NCBI GenBank assembly: GCA_963787835.1
Contig: CAWBEI010000002.1
Location: 1,504,001-1,568,000 of the forward strand
DNA length: 64,000 nucleotides
Source: Ignavibacteriota bacterium
GTDB taxonomy: Bacteria; Bacteroidota; Ignavibacteria; Palsa-1295
Direction: 5' to 3'
Shown: piece after piece, positions 58,899 to 64,000 of the stretch
How positions within the stretch are numbered: the first letter of the stretch is position 1
Layout: each line of letters opens with the position of its first letter
Program-made: the position numbers and the translations under genes
Notes under the pieces: generated by a model
The model's database searches: none
Told to the model about the DNA's origin: nothing
What the model saw: only the letters and a program-made list of their open reading frames with translations

Positions 58899-60374
58899 AT
58901 GAAAAAGATTAGCACCATTTTTTCGTTTTTTTGCGTGCTTGTGTTGCTTGCTCTACCCAGCGCCCCTCGCGCTCAAACAATCACGATCGATTCCATGTCC
59001 GGAACCACGTTTTGTGCCGGTGATCCGCTCTCGGTAACATTCACTGCCACTGGAACATGGGGACATAAGAATGCCTTCACGCTCCAACTCTCGAACGACA
59101 GCGGAATCTTCGATAACGGATTCCAGAATATCGGATCGATAGTCGATACCGCTCCGGGCACTTTTACAATATACACTACGGCTCCTGGTGGCCTGACATT
59201 TCAGCAATTCAGTATTACCCAATACATTGATAAAGATGGCAGGGATACGCTCTATTACGCCGACACAGTCATGACAAGAATTATAGGTAACGATACTACT
59301 TTCGATACGGTAGATGCTCCGCACATAGTAGTCATTCCCGACACTGTTTACGACACCACATTACCTACGCATTATCGTGTACGCATTATGGGAGCTTTAC
59401 CGTACACCCTAAGTGCGGATAATGGCACAGACATAGTGGTTAGTCCAAGCCCAGGCATAATATCCTTCTCTTATCCTCGGCCCGGACTACCTACCCCCCT
59501 AACAGACTCTCTCTATGATGCAGTAATTGGTGCTCCGATAAATTATTATCTTAATGGTGGTTCTGGCACCACATTTTATTGGAATTACGGAGATGGGGCC
59601 GATCCAGCCACATTTACAGAGGTGAATTCTCAGCAACCCAAAACAACCTATTCAACTCCGGGGCTAAAAATGGTGACTGTCCAGGCTGTCGCATCCGGTG
59701 GGTGTTCGGTCTCCGACACAGCCTATACTTATGTGTATGATTGTACCATCCCCGTAATTCCAAATGATGCCATTGTCATTTCGAGCGATACAGCCTTGGG
59801 TGATTGGGACGATTCTTCACTCTATTACGCTTATTCTGCAATCCGAAATCGTACCTTCTGGATAAACCCCGGCGTGACGGTTTGGACCAACACCGGCGTC
59901 TTCAACAATGTTGATACCATCTTCGCCGAATCTGGGGCAAATATCTTGGGTGGGGGTAGTCAAAGCATTGTCTATCTAAAGCCCGGCGCTACCGCAAGTG
60001 ACTGCCTTGTCATCAGTGACACAGGTACAAGTCTCACGGAATGTACTGTGCTGGAATGCCCAGGACTTAGCTTCGATTATTCTCAAGCGCCACCCAACGC
60101 GATCATGGCTGCATACGAAAGCGTTGCGCCAGCCGTATCTTCGGAGCCAATTGAATTATTTCCAAATCCAACGAACGGCAACGTCACGCTGCAAAACCTT
60201 CCATTGGGTGCAAATATAATGGTGATGAATGTGCTCGGCGAGACGGTGCAAACCGAGAACGCGAGAGGGAATACGAATCTTTCACTCGATCTCTCGAATT
60301 TCGCACCCGGAACGTATTATATTCGAATTGCTTCTGGAAATAGTGTAACAACGAAGAAAATGGTGAAGGAATAA
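58899..60374 (+). CDS. Secreted PKD-domain protein with T9SS CTD
   Basis: Signal peptide MKKISTIF...; PKD motif FYWNYGDG...TYSTPGLK.V...GGCS; CTD LFPNPTNG...NVLGE...PGTYYIRI...KKMVKE. Confidence 0.9.
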   Translation: MKKISTIFSFFCVLVLLALPSAPRAQTITIDSMSGTTFCAGDPLSVTFTATGTWGHKNAFTLQLSNDSGIFDNGFQNIGSIVDTAPGTFTIYTTAPGGLTFQQFSITQYIDKDGRDTLYYADTVMTRIIGNDTTFDTVDAPHIVVIPDTVYDTTLPTHYRVRIMGALPYTLSADNGTDIVVSPSPGIISFSYPRPGLPTPLTDSLYDAVIGAPINYYLNGGSGTTFYWNYGDGADPATFTEVNSQQPKTTYSTPGLKMVTVQAVASGGCSVSDTAYTYVYDCTIPVIPNDAIVISSDTALGDWDDSSLYYAYSAIRNRTFWINPGVTVWTNTGVFNNVDTIFAESGANILGGGSQSIVYLKPGATASDCLVISDTGTSLTECTVLECPGLSFDYSQAPPNAIMAAYESVAPAVSSEPIELFPNPTNGNVTLQNLPLGANIMVMNVLGETVQTENARGNTNLSLDLSNFAPGTYYIRIASGNSVTTKKMVKE

Positions 60375-60413
60375 GAACCTGGATTACGCTGATTTATTTC
60401 TGATTTCGCTGAT
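60375..60413 (+). repeat. 39-nt dispersed repeat, copy 2
   Basis: 38/39 identical to 5159-5197; starts immediately after a stop codon. Confidence 0.9.
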
Positions 60414-60457
60414 GAACGTTCAAGGATTATTCCTTGAGCGTTCATCCTTTTAGGAAT

Positions 60458-61510
60458 ATGCAGAAAAATTTGAAGATGTCATTGCGAGAAGGGAATTGCG
60501 TAGCGAAGCGAAGCAATTCCCGACGGAGCAATCTCCACGCCGGAGATTGCTTCGTCGGGTCGAACACCCTCCGGTCGTCCGTCCCTTCTCGCAATGACAC
60601 CTTCAAAATTCTTTTTTTGATCCTTTTGAGCGCCTTCGCAAGCTGCTCCAGCCCATCTGACCCTCCCGCAACAACCAGCAGCGGCGAAAAGCTGGAGGGA
60701 ACGGTTGCAGCGTATGCATCCGGCACGCCAATATCGCTTTCGCCAACGGGCATTCAAATTTCGATTCAGGGCACTGCGTATCAGGCGACCGCTGATACCA
60801 GCGGCCATTTCGAAATAGATAACATTCCCGCCGGAGTTTATAATATCATTTTCTGGAAACCGGGATTCGATTCGATGATCTATCCGGTGCATCATATCAT
60901 CGGCGCGGGAACCGATATTATTAACGATGCTTATTTGGTCCAGGAGTCGTCCGATTCGATCACGATGACGGGTGTGTCCTACGTATTCAATGTCAGTCAG
61001 ACGAAGATCATAACCGTTATTGACACTACGATCACGGACAGTCTCGGCAAATTTGATACAATCGTTTCTAAACGGGACTCTGAAGTGGTTATCTATGATA
61101 CTGCTGGAAATTCTAATGGAATGATACTGAGTGGAAAAGTGACAGGGCTGCTCCCGCCGGGAAATATTTATGTGTATACATCGCTGGATAGTGAATTATT
61201 TCCTACAATGTCGAGTCCGCAAAATCAGAGTATGACAGAAGACGCATGGCTTGCAACCCAGTTGAATACTGCTTCGTATCATTCCGGGTTTCAGTCACCA
61301 AAAATGATAGCGGGAGCTTTTAAGGACACACTCACAATGGATGTTGCAACGCTCATGCCATATTCTCTTTCAGCGGGACAAGTAGTGTATGTGTATGTCG
61401 TTGGGCATTCGAATGTGACGGGACTTCCTGCGCAAGGCGGAGAGTATCAGCATTTTAGCACTACGCCGTTCGGGCCTGCTGCGGTGAGGTTTACCTATGT
61501 AGTACCGTAA
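60458..61510 (+). CDS. Lipoprotein with carboxypeptidase-regulatory-like domain; palindrome inserted in the signal peptide
   Basis: Lipobox-like FASC after a hydrophobic stretch; ADTSGHFEIDNIPAGVYNI...KPGF; ATG 60458 preceded by AGGA. Confidence 0.8.
   Translation: MQKNLKMSLREGNCVAKRSNSRRSNLHAGDCFVGSNTLRSSVPSRNDTFKILFLILLSAFASCSSPSDPPATTSSGEKLEGTVAAYASGTPISLSPTGIQISIQGTAYQATADTSGHFEIDNIPAGVYNIIFWKPGFDSMIYPVHHIIGAGTDIINDAYLVQESSDSITMTGVSYVFNVSQTKIITVIDTTITDSLGKFDTIVSKRDSEVVIYDTAGNSNGMILSGKVTGLLPPGNIYVYTSLDSELFPTMSSPQNQSMTEDAWLATQLNTASYHSGFQSPKMIAGAFKDTLTMDVATLMPYSLSAGQVVYVYVVGHSNVTGLPAQGGEYQHFSTTPFGPAAVRFTYVVP
60477..60599. repeat. 123-nt GTCATTGCGAG-family palindromic element (RPE-like), intragenic
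   Basis: TGTCATTGCGAGAAGGGA / TCCCTTCTCGCAATGACA termini; inner GCAATCTCC/GGAGATTGC. Confidence 0.92.
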
Positions 61511-61539
61511 GGAAGTTTATGACTATGCTTTTATTAAAA

Positions 61540-61675
61540 CGTCATTGCGAGGAGAATCGAACGACCGGAGGGAGTTCGATTCGACGAAGCAATCTCCGAA
61601 CATTCAGCCGAACCTCAACAGATTGCTTCGTCGGAATTACTCTGCTTCGCTACGTAATTCCTCCTCGCAATGACG
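61540..61675. repeat. GTCATTGCGAG-family palindromic element, intergenic
   Basis: CGTCATTGCGAGGAG / CTCCTCGCAATGACG termini; CGACGAAGCAATCT / AGATTGCTTCGTCG inner arms. Confidence 0.92.
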
Positions 61676-61707
61676 TGCATAATAACAAGCTATTATAACA
61701 TTTTTGC

Positions 61708-62301
61708 TTGGATAACGCGCACAAAGAGCGATTTCTTGCACTGCTGGAGCCGGTTTATCCTCGGCTTTTGCGATATGCGCTTGCCATGACACATGATCGC
61801 GAGCAAGCAAGGGATCTCGTTAGCGAGGCCATTCTTATTGCGCTCGAACGGTACGATTTCAATCGCGATGACTCGGGGTTCCCAGGTTTTCTCTACCGTA
61901 TCGTAGCGCGGACCTACAAACGCTGGCATCGCCGCGATCAGCGATTTACGGCTGTTGAAGCAAGCACGCTGGAATCGATCCTCGATCTGAACACGATGCC
62001 GGATGTCGCTGCGGAAATTGCTATTGTGATGTCCGCGCTCGATCGGCTGCCTGCAAAGATGAAGGAAGCCATCTTGCTTTTCGATATTGCCGATCTATCG
62101 CTCGAAGAAATTCGTGCGATTCAAGGCGGAACGTTAAGCGGCGTGAAAAGCCGCTTGCGACGCGGGCGCGAGATGCTGAAAAAGATGCTTGGGGTCGATC
62201 CCGAAGAAGGCATAGGCAGCAAACCGAGTCAAGATCAACTCAGTAAAAACTCGGAAAATAATATCATTCTTATGGAGGCAATAGAAAATTATGCACTCTG
62301 A
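61708..62301 (+). CDS. ECF-type RNA polymerase sigma-70 factor
   Basis: LLRYALAM...ARDLVSE...FLYRIV...LPAKMKEAILL...LSLEEI...GVKSRLRRGR. Confidence 0.92.
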   Translation: MDNAHKERFLALLEPVYPRLLRYALAMTHDREQARDLVSEAILIALERYDFNRDDSGFPGFLYRIVARTYKRWHRRDQRFTAVEASTLESILDLNTMPDVAAEIAIVMSALDRLPAKMKEAILLFDIADLSLEEIRAIQGGTLSGVKSRLRRGREMLKKMLGVDPEEGIGSKPSQDQLSKNSENNIILMEAIENYAL

Positions 62302-63351
62302 CTCATATCAAACTTATATCAAATCGCTTAACGCGACGCCCACTTATTATCCATTCGGCAAGATGCGCGAACTTGTGATGAACCACAACGCACGCCGCAG
62401 ATCGGCGTTTATTCCGTTCTTCCGCTACGCCGTGGGTTTGGGTTTGCTTGCCACACTTATCGGCGGAATCTTTTTTATCAATAATTCACCTAATAACAGC
62501 GACACTCACTCTGCGGCAACGGTGAGTTCATCAGCTATGGCATCCATAATGAATGTTTCTCCTAATACGATGGTGGTTCTTCCTGTCCCAAAGGAAATTG
62601 ATAATAACAGCATCGCTAAAAAGGAGAGCAAAGAATATACTCCGACGAACAATGAGAATCTCAATGTGAACCAAAACAATACAAATAATAAGGCCACAAC
62701 CTATGAGAACCCAACGGTTGAGCATACTGCCGAACAAACGAATGCAGAGGTTCCGCAGACTGCTTCAGCTTTGAAATACTGCCCCCTCTGTTTCTTCCAG
62801 CTTAAATCAAATATCGAACGCCAGTGAGGAGATGAGCAGAAGAGATTGGTCGGGCTTTGTGTCCGGAGGACCGATAATTTCCAGCAATAGCTTTTCTTTT
62901 AAACTCTATCTTTGGGGCTGCCGGAGTGCACTATCGGATAGCTGGCTCATCCTCTTTAGTCGCAGAATTGCGGCATACTTCTTTCGCGGTCAATCGAGCC
63001 GGACAAAATGGCGGTCTTCATGACACCACATTTATAATAGGTGGTCATTCATACACAAATACAATAGGAACCCCTTCGCAATCGCCAACAACATCAAATT
63101 CGTTCGTAAACTCGGTTGATCTCGGATACCGGTATGTCCTGGAGCCGAATGTTGCACTCTCTCCAAGCGCAGAAATCCTTGCGGGCGCGAGCACATTCGG
63201 ATTTGTTTCCGTGGAGGCTATTGGTATCGAATACCAAATTACGTCATTGCTTACACTTGATCTATCCGCGAGAGCAGAACAACTGTTTTCTTCGCAGTCT
63301 GTGCCATTAACGACATTGGGCTTTGAAGCCGGTATTGGTTTTGGGTGGTAA
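62291..63351 (+). pseudogene. Anti-sigma-like TM protein fused to an outer-membrane beta-barrel, with two +1 frameshifts
   Basis: ORFs 62291-62827, 62832-63023 and 62926-63351 lie in successive +1 frames. Removing one base at 62774-62776 (AAA) and one at 62897-62903 (TTTTAAA) yields a single protein ending AGIGFGW. Confidence 0.65.
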
Positions 63352-63387
63352 GCTTTTGCTGAAAAAGAGTGGCAACGCGCTCCTTCT

Positions 63388-64000
63388 TTACGGCGCCGTA
63401 AAATGCTTTTGCTTCGGCTTATTGGCGGCGCGGACGCTATCGCCATTTACGATGGTGTAGTCCTTCGGAATTTGGAATAGGGCGTCATCGAGCTTTTCTT
63501 CGGTGATGTCGGTAAGTTCGCCGCTCGCCATTACTTCGCCATTTACTTTGGTCTCGAATTTAACAGGTATCTTGCCGGCAATGGGCCGCATCATTCCGAA
63601 GATCTCATCGAGCCCTCCGGAGCCTTCGGTACCGCGCCCTAAAAAGGCATCGCGTACGACATCGAAGGATTTGAGCTTCGCATTATCCGAGAGCCACAGT
63701 TCGGTCTCGACTGGCCCCTTCGACGCATGGTATTCTTCGGTTTCCAGTCCGTGGATGGTTTGGGTCTTTCCGGTGGGCTGTGGCATCATGGCCATCAGGG
63801 AATCGAGGATGCCGTTATGCGCGAGTGAATCGTCGATCTTTCCGCGCGTGGAGTCAAGAGTGCGAAGGTCCAGTACCATCGCGGTGTGATTGGGCATCAG
63901 CACCGTAAGCGTGCGCGCATTACGGTCGATGATGGAGTGCATGGTGATTAGGCCACCCAACATGGACACATCGTATGCAACGACGTTCTCCCGCACATAC
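63388..64000 (-). CDS. DUF4412-like exported protein (5' end outside the window)
   Basis: PTGKTQTIHGLETEEY...TELWL...P...ELTDI...LDDALFQIPKDY pattern. Confidence 0.75.
   Translation of the reverse strand, partial: YVRENVVAYDVSMLGGLITMHSIIDRNARTLTVLMPNHTAMVLDLRTLDSTRGKIDDSLAHNGILDSLMAMMPQPTGKTQTIHGLETEEYHASKGPVETELWLSDNAKLKSFDVVRDAFLGRGTEGSGGLDEIFGMMRPIAGKIPVKFETKVNGEVMASGELTDITEEKLDDALFQIPKDYTIVNGDSVRAANKPKQKHFTAP

Overview
A 64-kb bacterial chromosomal window, most likely from a Bacteroidota/Chlorobi-group lineage such as Kapabacteria or Ignavibacteria. This is inferred from six genes with type IX secretion (T9SS) C-terminal sorting domains, a GldL-like gene and the gene repertoire. Housekeeping genes (mutS, lon, mazG, ahcY, rseP, rsmG, rarA, N-terminal metH, ogt, rsmA, GH57, ECF sigma/anti-sigma pairs, a sigma54 response regulator) alternate with visibly AT-richer islands encoding large secreted T9SS cargo proteins. 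Main observations: (1) Three copies of a ~215-220 nt non-coding element (9813-10032 +, 48447-48665 +, 58713-58499 -). Each lies 12-13 nt behind a -10 box, is bounded by GCACC(T/C) direct repeats, and sits next to a T9SS cargo gene. Two copies share a covarying GNRA-capped core, making this a candidate undescribed structured RNA family. (2) Two T9SS loci share a homologous upstream/signal-peptide arm and a homologous C-terminal-domain arm around different AT-rich interiors, suggesting cassette exchange. A small divergent XRE gene precedes a giant cargo gene twice. (3) Several families of short palindromic elements, some inserted in-frame in proteins (rarA, mazG, a lipoprotein signal peptide, a T9SS sorting domain). 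(4) A SAM-II long-loop-type riboswitch with a terminator before a split metH. Three genes carry frameshifts at short homopolymer runs that may be assembly errors. No rRNA, tRNA, CRISPR array, transposase or integrase was recognised. All calls are by eye, without database searches.
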